Position numbers and translations under genes: made by a program. A stretch of DNA of 64,000 nucleotides. It comes from Chara braunii. Lineage: Eukaryota; Plantae; Charophyceae. Positions 1-12,485 of this stretch are shown here, piece after piece (position 1 is the first letter of the stretch; each line of letters opens with the position of its first letter). The DNA is taken from assembly GCA_003427395.1 (NCBI GenBank), contig BFEA01000009.1, forward strand, positions 5,515,955 to 5,579,954. The letters are read 5' to 3'. Under the pieces are notes generated by a model. That model made no database searches. It saw only the letters and a list, made by a program, of their open reading frames with translations, and was not told the DNA's origin.

Positions 1-1180
1 CCAACTCAGCAACTCGATGAGTATGCCAGGTCAGCAGGTCTAATCAATATCATCAATGGGTGCACGTCTGCAATGTATGCTGAAGTCGAAGTACCAGCCT
101 GCCACAAAGTCGAAGTTCCAACCTGCCACATGTATTCCTTGGAGTGCCAACTCAGCAGCACTTCTGTCTGCCAGGTCAACACCAAGGTCCAGTCAGCATC
201 ATCGAGGGAATACACGTCAGGAGCAGTACCAACGTGCCACGTAAGCCAGGTAGCGGAATATGACACTGCCATGTCAGCCTGCTATCTCACCGAATGGTGA
301 GTCAGCAATGCCACATCATCAATCTGCTATCATCCACCGCCCACGTCACCGTTATAATACCACGTCAATGCCGCGTCAGAACCGGCATGTATACCAAGGC
401 CACGTCAATGCCTCGTCAATGCCATGTCAGCATCGGACATGCGTACCAAGGTCACGTCAATGCCACGTCAATAATCTGACGTGCGCTGTCTTCGCCACGT
501 CAGCCTCTTCAATGTAGATGCCACCACTTGTCGTTGTCGTCCCTGTCACAGATCGGAATGAGCCCAGACGTGATGATACTCGTCAACATTACCAGTCCCT
601 ATGATTATCGATCTGCTGATGAAATGACAAACAATCGTAATATGTGTGATGATAGAATGAGGTGAGAATCATACACAGACGAAGGAGGAGAGAGGGAGAA
701 TAGACAAAGGAGAGAGAAGAAGACAACANCCCACTTCTACTTCGGNTTCCTCCTTCTCCTCGCCACCTCATCAATCAATAGACTGAATACAATGTCTGAA
801 GTTCCTCCTCAAGGTGCCACGTGGCACGTCAATCTGTCTACATCAGCAAATGGANAGTATCGTCATCAACCAGGTACGTATCCTCGATAACCACAGTCTT
901 GATCTCCTTCCGAAGTGACGAAGAATCAGAACAGCCTCATCAACCTCGCAGCCAGCCACGTCATCAATCATATACAGGTGGCAGCGGCCACGTCAGCAAC
1001 GGCGCGTGGCAGCTGCCACGTCAGCATGCCCAGAAGACCATCGCCAGCCAGCACCTTGCCAGCCAGCAGCGCCTTGCTATCCTCCTCTGCCAGCATATAG
1101 CCGCCATCAAGCCAATGTCGCAATGTCGCAGCATAGCAACAGCGTCAAGTCCACGCGTGAAGTCAGCATTCACGCAAGAC
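1..1180. repeat. Degenerate low-complexity repeat region rich in (G)CCACGTCA / GCCATGTCA motifs
   Basis: Many short degenerate repeats such as tgccacgtcagc, ccacgtcaatgcc and gtaccaaggtcacgtcaatgcc; ORFs here are low-complexity and uninformative. Confidence 0.6.
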
Positions 1181-1570
1181 TGAATGTTCTCCAGCCAGGA
1201 AGTCAACTCTTAAATAGCGTGGATGCGGAGTCTGGACCCCGGGTACTGAGGTCCTGCACCGTCCAGATCTTGATATGAATGAGGGCCCAGATCGGCCAGA
1301 AACTGTATTTCTCCCGCCCTGAATGTTGTCTGGGTACCTGCACACAACAAGTGAATGTATCCGTCCATAGGCCTGGGTACGGTACCTTTGACTCTACAGT
1401 TGTCTTTGACTGTTGAATTTCCCTTGTGCTGCGTTTGGTCACACAGCCTCCTCGACAGACTCAGGCTGGGCATGTCTCGGTCACACAGCCCAGCACAGAC
1501 AACTGAGTCTGTGTCTTACCGGGGGCAAAGTTCTGAGCCCCGGTCTGCTGTTGAACAGGGTTACTGCACA

Positions 1571-2228
1571 TGCCTCAAATACGGTTATAATGACCGTATG
1601 TTGTATTCGGGGGAAGAAGTTAGCTAACTATCCCATCTTGAATTGGAGCCTTGCGCAAGGGATGGCTTCAGTCAATTCCTGGGGAGCTGCACCTGCGCGG
1701 AAACCGGTCTATGTATTATATAGAATGGTGGGACAACAGGGATTATCACTTGCAGGGACGACAAAAGCAGCCCCCGAATACAACGTATGGTCATTATAGC
1801 TGTATGTAGACTGAAGCATGCCTCAAATACGGTTATAATGACCGTATGTTGTATTCGGGGGAAGAAGGTAGCTAACTATCCCATCTGAATTGGAGCCTTG
1901 CGCAAGGGATGACTCCAGTCTATTCCTGGGGAGCTGCACCTGCGTGGAAACCGGTCTATGCATTATATAGAATGGTGGGACAACAGGGATTATCAGTTGC
2001 AGGGATGACAAGAGCAGCCCCCGAATACAACGTACGGTCATTATAGTTGTATCTAGACTGAAGCATGCCTCAAATACGGTTATAATGACCGTATGTTGTA
2101 TTCGGGGAAGAAGGTAGCTAACTATCCCATATGAATGCGAGCCTTGTGCAAGGGATGATTCCAGTCTATTCCTAGGGAGCTGCACGTGCGTGGAAACCGG
2201 TCTATGTATTATATAGAATGGTGGGACA
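1571..2228 (+). repeat. Tandem repeat with a ~248-bp unit (about 2.7 copies) containing a 35-bp inverted repeat
   Basis: Units start with tgcctcaaatacgg at 1571, 1819 and 2066; atacggttataatgaccgtatgttgtattcggggg is complementary to cccccgaatacaacgtacggtcattatagttgtat. Confidence 0.92.
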
Positions 2229-2383
2229 CGTCGCAGTGGCTAAGGTGTACCCGACTGTTTAGGCCGAAATCACTGGTTCAATGCCTGGAAGGGTCGTTCA
2301 ACAGCATGCGTGCGTGCATGGTTATGCATATCATGTGCTATCTCTGATCCCTTCACACCATCTTTTTTTTTTTTTTTTTTTTT
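2229..2383 (+). other. tRNA-derived (SINE-like) head followed by an oligo-T run
   Basis: A-box-like tcgcagtgg near 2231, B-box-like ggttcaatgcc near 2275, T run at 2363-2383. The T run could instead be the poly(A) tail of a minus-strand retroposon lying to the right. Confidence 0.4.
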
Positions 2384-2779
2384 GAAATTATAAAGTCCAG
2401 CTGCCCAGGTTGTTGTAGAGGTGGGATATTAGAGGGATGGCAGTCACCCACACAACTCGGCCACTTGGTTGTCCAGATGAACCCCTCTGGAGACCCAACC
2501 CACCCTTCCTCTCATCTTTTGCCCTGGCGCACCCCCACTCCCCCTGTCCTACCCTAGTGTTAACCACCCAGGACCATCAGCCATTGCCATCTTGGCGGGG
2601 TGACCTGACCAGACAGCGGTCGCAGGTACGGGGGCTAAGCAGAGACGTCTACCCACTGCTCAGCCCCGGTTGAAGCATATGCCGTGCAAGCCTGATTGCA
2701 CGGGGACTTAGGGAGTTGGTTTGAACATGCTACTCCAGGTCTTCATGAGGGTGCACAGTGACTCCCATCTAGCTTACTT

Positions 2780-3365
2780 GTGTGGTGATCATAGAGAGTT
2801 GGGTATCCCCCGTTCCCTCGTATGTCCCTGGAGCCCGTTCCAGCCATGACACCCCCGACATCCCGTACTAGGAACTGCTATGCCAGCCTCAACCCCATGC
2901 TACGTACTAGGGGGATAGCCAACCCTAGGTCATGAGTTATGGACTGAGTTTCTTTATCCTTACTACAGTGTACTATGGTGTTGATGGTAGAGAGATGGGG
3001 ATCCTCCGTTCCCTCGTATATCCCTGGAGCCCATTCCGGCCCCGCAGTAAGGTTAGGTGTCTCCTGACACCCCCAACATCCGTACTAAGGACTGCTATGC
3101 CAGCCTCAAATCTAAGGCACGTACTAGGAGGATAGCCACCCTCAATCGTGAATCATGGACTGTATGTATTCACCCTGATAATCTCTTAGCCCTGTGTTGT
3201 ATGGTAATCTGAGAGCAGACAATCCTCTGTTCCCTCCTATGTCCCTGGAGCCTGTTCCGGCCCTGCGGTAAAGTGCACTATTGACACTCCCGACATCCCG
3301 TACTAAGGAACTGCTATGCTAGCCTCAATCCTTTGACCATGTACTAAGAGGATGACCAGCCCTAA
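2780..3365. repeat. Three diverged tandem copies of a ~190-220-bp unit
   Basis: Shared blocks gttccctcgtatgtccctggagcc, catcccgtacta(a)ggaactgctatgccagcctcaa and gtactagg recur near 2810, 3008 and 3228. Confidence 0.85.
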
Positions 3366-3673
3366 GTTACAGTCTGCTATCGAACACAGGACCTTATGTA
3401 AATCGTGGAAGTGACCTAACATATTGACCTACACTGTGAAATAGTCTGTAGCTGTGCTCTGCTGGGCTCGAGTAAACCGGACTATGCGAGCCACCCAGCA
3501 GTCTCATGACAACCCCGTAGACCAAGAACATCAGGATACCCACCATCGCCCAGTCCCCACATACAACAACCATGGACTACCCCTTGGGTGGTGCGCAGGC
3601 AGTGTCTGGAATAACTTACCCGCGTCATCCCAAGGGCGTGTGTGTCCAGCCGTGCGTCATTCTAACGCCCTGA

Positions 3674-3732
3674 CGGTGTCCATGCGCAAGGCTGGTGTCC
3701 ATGCGCAAGGCCGGTGTCCATGCGCAAGGCTG
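3674..3732. repeat. 20-bp minisatellite (ggtgtccatgcgcaaggc) x3
   Basis: Three direct copies visible. Confidence 0.85.
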
Positions 3733-4162
3733 CGGAGTTTTGAACCCGCAACCTCATACCACAATGCGCATTTCCAACCGGTGCTCTAACCACAGAGTTA
3801 CATAACCTCCCAACCTTTCCCATTTCCCTACGGTAACCCCCTTCTTTCTTTTCCCCCACAAACTTTGAGGGAGGGGCACGGCTAACCGAGGTGATAAGAG
3901 CATCCTCGGTAGTGGTTCCCTACGTGGAAGGCTCCATCTATTAGTGGGGAGCTGCACTTGCTGGGGTCCAGCGTCCCACAGCGATACAATACTTGCCTGG
4001 AGTCTATGCAGGGCCAAATGCAGGGAATTTTGCCCTGCTGACTTCCATGTCCCGATCGACTGAGGGAATCGCCCCTTCACTTCTAGGGGAAATTGCAGAA
4101 ATACCGGTTTACGGTTTGTAAATGCATCGTAGGAACTTTGCCGGTCCGCACAGGTATGGTGA

Positions 4163-4200
4163 CTGTCTCTTATACACATCTAGATGTGTATAAGAGACAG
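4163..4200. other. Nextera mate-pair junction adapter (two inverted Tn5 mosaic ends); assembly artefact
   Basis: Exact CTGTCTCTTATACACATCT+AGATGTGTATAAGAGACAG, flanked by an identical 205-bp duplication (3958-4162 = 4201-4405). Confidence 0.98.
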
Positions 4201-4764
4201 TTGCTGGGGTCCAGCGTCCCACAGCGATACAATACTTGCCTGGAGTCTATGCAGGGCCAAATGCAGGGAATTTTGCCCTGCTGACTTCCATGTCCCGATC
4301 GACTGAGGGAATCGCCCCTTCACTTCTAGGGGAAATTGCAGAAATACCGGTTTACGGTTTGTAAATGCATCGTAGGAACTTTGCCGGTCCGCACAGGTAT
4401 GGTGACAAACAAACACGTTTGCAAACAGCCCAGCCTCTTTTGAGGTGTTTCTACACAGATATACCCATCTGTGACGTTTCGGCGACAAATACTCCGCAGG
4501 GTACCTCCTTTTGCAACAGAGGACCTGTGGGTCTTGGATCCCTTGCCTCAGGCCAGGCCGACGGATCCTCTGTTACAAAAGTAGGTATTGCCCAGTAAAT
4601 CTGCGCACAAACCTTCCACCCTCTCTTGCCCCCTGGGAATAGAGGCAGCCCACACACTACCTACACTCCCTTTACACTGAGGATGGCAGATCACAGATCG
4701 GCCACACAAAATCCCACTCTTGGAATATCAGGCCAAGGTAGGTTCTAAAACTCAACTGAATTCA

Positions 4765-5277
4765 AAATCACTCCTCGGGTTTTGGTTTGGGGGAGGACGA
4801 CGCGGGTAGCCGGCGCTGTAGCGCTCTGCTTCCGTGACGTGAACGACACAGTCTTAGGGTTTAGCCATAGTCGCGTGGAGCCTAACCACTATGCCCCGGA
4901 GCGCACAGCACGGGGAAGGGGGGTCTTGGAGTGGTCGAGCTACACAGGATAGCTCAAGCAACAGAGACTCGAGCTTGTCTAGAGCTGAGAGGAGGGAGTG
5001 GGCTGGCCCTCTGAGGAGGGGAGGTAGGTAGCATGGGGTTCTCAAACAGGAGCTGGGGATAGAACGACAGACAGGTGGCAGCATTTAAGATGGTGAAATC
5101 ACGAACAGGTCGAACAGTTCTGAACCGAAGAACGCTGAAAGCGTCCTTCCCATGGAACACTTTGAAGCGCAATGAGAGGAGAGCAGGATAACATACAAGA
5201 TCGCAAAAGTAGGAGTTTCAAAGGAGCAATGCTCAACTCTGTGGGAGCTAAGTCCTCGTGTAAAAGACAGACAAATG

Positions 5278-5332
<55 letters not shown>

Positions 5333-5722
5333 NNNNNNNNNNNNNNNNNNNNNNNNNNNNNNNNNNNNNNNNNNNNNNNNNNNNNNNNNNNNNNNNNNNN
5401 NNNNNNNNNNNNNNNNNNNNNNNNNNNNNNNNNNNNNNNNNNNNNNNNNNNNNNNNNNNNNNNNNNNNNNNNNNNNNNNNNNNNNNNNNNNNNNNNNNNN
5501 NNNNNNNNNNNNNNNNNNNNNNNNNNNNNNNNNNNNNNNNNNNNNNNNNNNNNNNNNNNNNNNNNNNNNNNNNNNNNNNNNNNNNNNNNNNNNNNNNNNN
5601 NNNNNNNNNNNNNNNNNNNNNNNNNNNNNNNNNNNNNNNNNNNNNNNNNNNNNNNNNNNNNNNNNNNNNNNNNNNNNNNNNNNNNNNNNNNNNNNNNNNN
5701 NNNNNNNNNNNNNNNNNNNNNN

Positions 5723-5773
<51 letters not shown>

Positions 5774-6304
5774 GAGGAATGGCAGGGTTAACTTCCAGCA
5801 ACTTTTCGATCAGACAACAACCAGAATGGGAAGAGTATTGCGATAAACCAGTCGGTATCAAGTAAGGCAGGTAAAGTACACGGAGTGTGATTGAGCTCAT
5901 TGGAGATTAGTGAGCATCGGTCTTTGCTCACCTTGACACATAGTAGATGGTATAGAAGAGGGGATGATAATCATCCATTTCTCCGGTCAGTACGGATGAG
6001 AAGGAGAGTCCTGCGTCGACTTTGGCTGCTATCTGTGTTGTTTAATATAACTTGTGAGGCGGTACATAGTTGCCTAGAACAGACTAGATGATTTATGGAC
6101 TTAACAGAGGGAAGATCTTGCTGAGAGTGGGCAGTTAGATGCATAGCGTTGAGGTTTGCCCGTTAAAAGTTTTGTATTGCCCCTTGGTTGGAGTAGAGGT
6201 ATGGGTTGCGGCATGTTTGTACTTTGATCTTTATATATATGGGACGCTGGACCCGTTTTCCAGCACGCGCTGCTCCCCACGAATAGAAAGGAGTCATGAA
6301 TTGA

Positions 6305-6336
<32 letters not shown>
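4765..6336 (+). mobile_element. Non-autonomous poly(A)-tailed retroposon or retrocopy with internal (GA)n and an N gap
   Basis: Ends in an A run at 6310-6336; flanked by the 18-bp direct repeat aaaactcaactgaattca (4747-4764 and 6333-6350); no coding capacity seen. Confidence 0.8.
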
Positions 6337-6944
6337 CTCAACTGAATTCATGGTCCTCCCCAATCGAGGTAAATCAACTGAATCCTATGACGCCCAACCT
6401 CACGCCCGGCGCGACTTCCTGATCGGAGTGTGAGTGGGCCTGGAAGTGCGAAAAGGGGTGTACCAAGGATTTTTGGGAAAGTGGGGGTGGAGTCCCAGGT
6501 CGGAACTAAGACCTCCTGAGGCAAGTTCGGAGATAGGGATGCAAGAGGATAGGCGCGGATTGAAGTTTGTTTTTGTGTTTATGAGCGTGAGGCTACCACC
6601 TCTGTTGGTTCCGTCCTCTGGGTCGGACTTGTATTTGGTGCACGGTGTCGGAGGGCGCGGTGTCCCGACCCTTCGTTGAATACCCAATGCTTGTTCGGAC
6701 CCGCCACTTACCTGTTACCAGCCCGGGAAAACTGTTGCTGCATGGGCCTTCGCGGGGTACTGGATTTCCGTAGTGCACTGAGTGCCTGCTCACGGGTCGA
6801 GTCTGCAGTGTACTGAGTGCCTACACACGTATCGAGTTCGTTGCGTACCGTACATCCGTGTACTCACCGCTGTGTATGTCACGTGCCCTCGCTGTAGACC
6901 CGATACCAGTTCGTAGGGTCATGTACCCGTTACTGGGTTTCCTA

Positions 6945-7375
6945 GTGATCTATATACCTTATTCCCCCACCAAGTGTGAACGTACCCCAACCCGTAAAAC
7001 ACTTTTGTCCATTTACTAGTGTCTTGCTTTTTGTAGTCTTCGTCAGGCTCAACCGTCGAAGCGAGATGGTAAACTTTTAATCGCTCCTCGTTGTACCATA
7101 GCTCAAGCGAGGGCTCCCATGCCGACCAGTCGATTGCCTGCAGATCGACAACCCTCATTTGCATTGTTGTTTTGCATGAGAGGGGGTCCTCCCATTTCAT
7201 AGGTATCCCCCACTTCTCATTGCGCTTCCACTTCGATAGTGCGGAGATTTTGAACACAACGAATGAAGGATAAAAATGCAATCCAAGTGAATAATAAGAG
7301 ATGTGCTCTATATTGTTGCTATCGAATAGGCGATCCCGACATGTCACGACCCTCATTACGTTCACAAACCTTTTA
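6945..7375 (-). pseudogene. Inverted partial copy of an unknown protein module
   Basis: ORF 6919-7389 (VNVMRVVTCRDRLFDSNNIEHISYYSLGLHF...EKWGIPMKWED...EPSLELWY...VFYGLG) is closely similar to the plus-strand segment 8255-8670. Confidence 0.75.
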
Positions 7376-7729
7376 TGATCATCGTTCAAAAACGAACCGT
7401 TAGCCGCACCCTACGAAGTGACCGAAAGAAATATTAAGTAAAGGAATAGATAATAATAGGGGTAATAATAGCAGAGAGGGGAGAACAACGCTTCAAAATT
7501 TATCGCGCTAATATACCACTAAACCGCCAGGCGCCGAGACACAATAATATCGATCTAGGTCCAGGCACGGATCCAATCTCGACACTCAACCTTTCCCTTT
7601 TTCCTTTCTTTTGGGTTTTCTCTTACCGTTGCCACTGCATCTACCCCAATACACGACTATAGGGACTAGGCACATGGCAGAGTAGACCGTGCTACCTCCG
7701 CCCCTTTCTCTATCGCGCTAGGCAAATTT

Positions 7730-10370
7730 GGCGTTCACTTTAGCTACTGACTGGCTTGTTGTGCGGGGCGTTTTGTTCGAACAGTGGGCTGACAAGTTGC
7801 GCAACACCGATTATGTGAACCAAGGTGTCGTCGACGGATGGAAACAACAACATGCAAAGAGCGACATTGAAGCATGTCAGACGTCTATGCAACGAAATCA
7901 AAGACGCAATGTTGTGGTTCATCAACGAAAGGTCGCGGATCATCATTCATAGGGTGACGACTTTGACCACCTGCCACAACGAAGAGGGCAAAAGAAAGAA
8001 ACAAAAAAAAACAAACACAATAACAAAGTTTGGTATCGTCGATCACTTTCGTCGGCGCGAATGTGGCATATGGAACAACTTGCAGTCCGTCTATCACGAC
8101 ATGTGTCCGTCTTGGTGGCATGTGCCAGCAATAAACGCTCTGATACAGGTATGCGAATCCCAAAGCGGGAGGCTCTGAATGCAAAGTTCTCGCTAACCGT
8201 CTCTAACAGTATGCCTACATCCACGCGAAATATCGGACCCTTTTTCAGACACATATGTGTGAACGTAATGAGGGTTGTGACATGTGGGGATCGCATGTTC
8301 GATAGCAACAATATAGAGCACATCTCTTATTATTCACTTGGATTGCATTTTTCTCCTTCATTCGTTGTGTTTAAAATCTCCGCATCATTGGAGAGGAAGC
8401 GCAATGAGAAGTGGGGGATACCTGTGAAATGGGAGGACCTCCTCTCATGCAAAACAACAATGCAAATGAGGTTTGTCGATGTGCAGTCAATTGACTAGTC
8501 GGCATGAGAACCCTCGCTTGAGCTATGGTACGACGAGGAGTGACTAAAAATTTACAATCTAGTATGGACGATTGAGCCTGACGAAGACTACAAAAGACAA
8601 GACACTGGTAAACGAAAAAAAATGTTCTACGGGTTGGTGTACATTCGCACTTGGGGAGGGGAGTAAGGTACACAGACCGGTGACATGCGTGACGTTTTGT
8701 TCGAACAGTGGGTTGACACGTTGTGTGGCACCGATTATGTGGATCAAGGTGTCGTCGATGGATGGAAACAACAACATGCAAAGAGTGGCATCGAAGCATG
8801 TAAGACGTCTATGCAACAAAATCAAAGACGCAATGTTGTGGTTCATTAACGAAAAGTCGCGGATCACCATTCACAGGGCGCCGACTTTGACCACCTTCCA
8901 CAACGAACAAGGCAAAAGAAAAAAACTAAAAAAAACTAACACAATAACAAAGTTTAGTATTGTCGATCACGTTCCTCGGCGCGAATGTGGCGAACGGAAT
9001 AACTTGCAGTCCGTCTTGGATCGGTGTCCGCGTTGACTGTCATTCCGTAACCACACGAATCACTTTGTAATGACCCGCATATGTATGTGAATAATGACAA
9101 CGACTCACATCACTTATGAAAGCGATATATCTTGTTTCATTCTCACTCCCTCATTGCGATTTTTTTTTTTTCCTTGTATAGTATGGACTCAAAATGGATG
9201 CTGAGATTGAGACGACAAGAGAAGTGGGGAACGCCGATAAAATAGGCAGACCTGAATTAAGAGCGACAAAAAAAACATTATCACGTCATCGACCTTATCA
9301 CATGACATTTTGCCTATGACGAACCTTCACTAAACTTATATCCTCGCAGTGAAAGAAGAAAAAATTACAATCTCGCGAAATTGTGTGGCAGCCATAGTAG
9401 TTACAGGCTATGAATCCCCCTCGGAGGCGGCCATGCGCGGCCTAGGCCGCGACCCCATTGCCATGAGCGCGGTCCACGAACATGAAAAAAAANNNNNNNN
9501 NNCCAATAAAAAAAACAAAAAAAAAAAAAAAAAAAAAAAACATATGTTATGAAAAAAAATATACTGAAAAACTTTTGCCTTCTGGGCATATCCAAAAACT
9601 TCATTGAATTTAAAATAAAAAAACACTTGAGTTTCCTACTTTTTCGTAAAAAACTAAAAACTCAGCTATTGCATCGGGAAAATTAGTTTTGAAAATTTTA
9701 AAATTTGAAGACGAAGTAAAAAAAAATTACACAATTTTGATCTCGAAAAGATCTACAACACCATATTTTTTGTTTTTTTTTTTGAGAAATTTTTTAAGTC
9801 TAAAATAATTTCTGAAAATCGTGGCCGCACCCGGAGCCGCGGCGACCGTGATCATGGCCGCCTTCCGAGTTTGACCCTGTGGCCGCCGCCGCGGGTGATA
9901 CATAGGTTACAGGAACGACTGGATCGCAGGGTATAAACAAGTGTTTTATGGTTATGGGATTATATCTGTCAAGGTGACACACAAATGCAGCACAACTGTT
10001 GCATGTGTTGCTGTCTACTCTCGCCAAGGGAAAATGATATGTGCAACACTGATATGGAGAAAAATGATACCGCCAAGGGACGAAGGAGATTTGATGATGT
10101 GAGCATACAAAAGCACATCAAACAATACTGTAGCATTGCAAAGGGTCCAATGTTGGAACTCGTAGCTGAAAGAAGTGCCATCACGGTCGGGATATCGATA
10201 GTCATCACAAAAGAGGAAGACACATGAGGAGTTCACCGAAAATACAAGAAAACAAAAGTAACTACCAACTTGAATATCATGGACAATGTACTCCGTCGAG
10301 CAGACGGGCAGCGCAACAACCTCATTCTCTTACGACGTTGTCACAGTACGTTGCTAACGAGTCGTTGCTT
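7730..10370 (+). pseudogene. Tandem array of about three decayed copies of an unknown intronless protein module
   Basis: Recurring motifs: KHVRRLCNEIKDAMLWFINERS / KHVRRLCNKIKDAMLWFINEKS / KHIKQYCSIAKGPMLELVAERS; EKWG(I/T)P; EPSL; FYG(L/Y). Interrupted by stops, frameshifts and a MITE. Confidence 0.7.
9408..9905. mobile_element. MITE with 8-bp TSD gttacagg
   Basis: Left end ctatgaatccccctcggaggcggcca; reverse complement of right end ctatgtatcacccgcggcggcggcca; TSD at 9400-9407 and 9906-9913; GCGGCC subterminal repeats; AT-rich core. Confidence 0.88.
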
Positions 10371-10623
10371 ACAACATACGGGGATGAATCGCCCATGCAA
10401 CTTTTTTTGTATTGAAGTTGGACTAGACGTTTGTTTTATCATCGATTCTTTTATTTACTTTTGTCTTTTTGACGAGGCAAATCTCCTTTAGTATGCACCG
10501 CAAGACACTTTCAGTACCTATTACGTAGCTATATGTTCACCATCATTCATAATGGCGCGATCTCATATTTTGCGTAATGTAGACCATCTATCACACGTCT
10601 TCGACTTCTAGAGAGAGTCATAG

Positions 10624-10627
<4 letters not shown>

Positions 10628-10692
<65 letters not shown>
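10628..10692. repeat. (GA)n microsatellite
   Basis: Seen directly. Confidence 0.95.
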
Positions 10693-10695
<3 letters not shown>

Positions 10696-11299
10696 AAAAA
10701 AAAGCAAAACGTCGAGGTGTACGTTTATGCAAATAATGTTAAAAGAAGAATTTTTGTAATGTTGCCTAAACTGAATTCAATTTTTCAATATTCCCCCTCT
10801 TATTTTCATATGCTATTAATTTATGCAAATGTAACACTTCGGTATAAATTAAATACATGTAAGCAGACATAAGAAAACCAAACAAATCTATGCAATAATG
10901 AAATACCAAGTAACCCTACATATGTACTTCGATTCATATGTGTTTTTTAGTATGGTATTTCACATGTTTGTGTAATCTTAACGCATTAGCGAAAACAAAA
11001 CAAAAAAAAAATCCCGTAATTTTATATGTTGAAACCGTGAAAGGTAATAAATGTTAATGGATGTGCTTAAAAGGTATGATAAAACTTTTCAGAAGTCTTT
11101 CACATCTTAACAAAATGACAATGAAATTGTAACACCCCCCAAATTTTGTGAGAAACGACACAAAATCCCAAGTCAAGAGGGCCAAAAAATGCAACGAAAT
11201 ATGTGGTACCTCCCGATAATTTAGTAAACAAAACATTGAAAGTCACCAAAATCAATGCGAAAATGACAATTTCAATTTTGTTCAAAAGATATAAAATGT

Positions 11300-12150
11300 C
11301 CGTTTTTACAAAATCGTTGTTCTTTGAGACGATCCCCAGGGGCAACTCAGAGAACAATCTTCCCTTAGTGGTCAGGTTCTATGTGCAGTGTGCGATGCGG
11401 GTACGAAGGGAGAGAAACTCTAGCCATACCATTCGGGTTAGAGTCAGGGGGAATGGCAATTTGTGACCGTAATGGACGGACGTTGAGCAACCGAAGGAGA
11501 TGGGCTCACTGGTATTCCAGGAGGAGGATGTCTGCTGGCTCACGGAATGGTGCATCACTAATGGCGTGTTACGCATGAGCGATTACGTTTGGAGGCAAGT
11601 TAAGGGCATTCCCATGAGGTTGGCGTGCTCCCGAATCTGGTGTGACATTTATTTCTTCAGATACGAGTATCACTCCATCATGAGACTGGTGGACACTGGG
11701 AATGTTCACCTAGTCGCTTGCTTCGAGAGCGCTTTCAGCCTTTTTCAGGTACATTGATGACCTGGGTGCGATTAACGATGCCATCATCAAGAGTTTCATG
11801 CAAAAGAGGGAGGAGAGGCAGGTGAGTGATCCCTACTGGATTTACCTAGAGCAATATATAGACATCAAGCATGATCAAGGACAACACGGAATTGACTGAG
11901 GATGGGTTGGGCCGCGTGGCCAACTTCCTCATCATGCTCATCACGATTCCCTCCCTGCTGACGGGTTCCTACACGACCACTAGACATGACAAGCGCATGG
12001 GGCTAGGCTTTACTCCCTGCAGGCTGCAGGTTTATGAAGTATAGATCCAACAAGAGCGTCAAGAAGTCATTGCAGATCATCACAATCCAGATGCCAGATC
12101 GTTCTACTCTGCTCCGAACCGGAGGACACGACGAAGGAAATTAAGAAGGT
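11300..12150 (+). pseudogene. Possible decayed unknown ORF
   Basis: Protein-like ORF pieces 11203-11466 and 11500-11757 lie in the same frame separated by stops; no recognisable motif. Confidence 0.3.
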
Positions 12151-12419
12151 GGTTACGACAATGAGGGGAAATGGTTTCGCTGCGGATGCTCGCTGGAAGG
12201 TGGTCAAGAAAACCCTACGAAATGCCTATCTCTACCAACCTGGTAGACTGTCCGTACACACGGTTAGGGAAACTCTGACCAATCTACACGGGATTACTGA
12301 CTTAGTGTTGTGTTTGTGTCTGTGTATGTGGGTTTGTGTGTGTATGGTGTCCGAGGGACGACTAGGCCAAAAGGGACGGTTGTTCGGTTCAGTCATCCCT
12401 TAGAGGGAACGGGGCGGGG

Positions 12420-12422
<3 letters not shown>

Positions 12423-12481
<59 letters not shown>
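12423..12481. repeat. (CA)n microsatellite
   Basis: Seen directly. Confidence 0.95.

Positions 12482-12485
<4 letters not shown>

Noticed and set aside
1800-1830. Hammerhead ribozyme at ctgaagcatgcctcaaatac
   Set aside because: Lacks the CUGANGA and GAAA core
1884-1906. U6 ISL-like sequence ccttgcgcaagggatgac in the 248-bp repeat
   Set aside because: The match is short and largely explained by the palindrome ccttgcgcaagg; no flanking U6 similarity
2800-3360. Twister ribozyme in the repeats (gtccctggagccc)
   Set aside because: I could not build the conserved pseudoknots; resemblance is superficial
4163-4200. Genuine Tn5/IS50 transposon ends
   Set aside because: The sequence is identical to the synthetic mosaic-end junction adapter
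5085-5900. Long ORFs spanning N gaps (also 30653-31024, 41395-42675 and 58499-59688)
   Set aside because: They are open only because of N runs and microsatellites
6685-6947. CACTA transposon end (..ctagtg)
   Set aside because: No matching left terminus or TSD found
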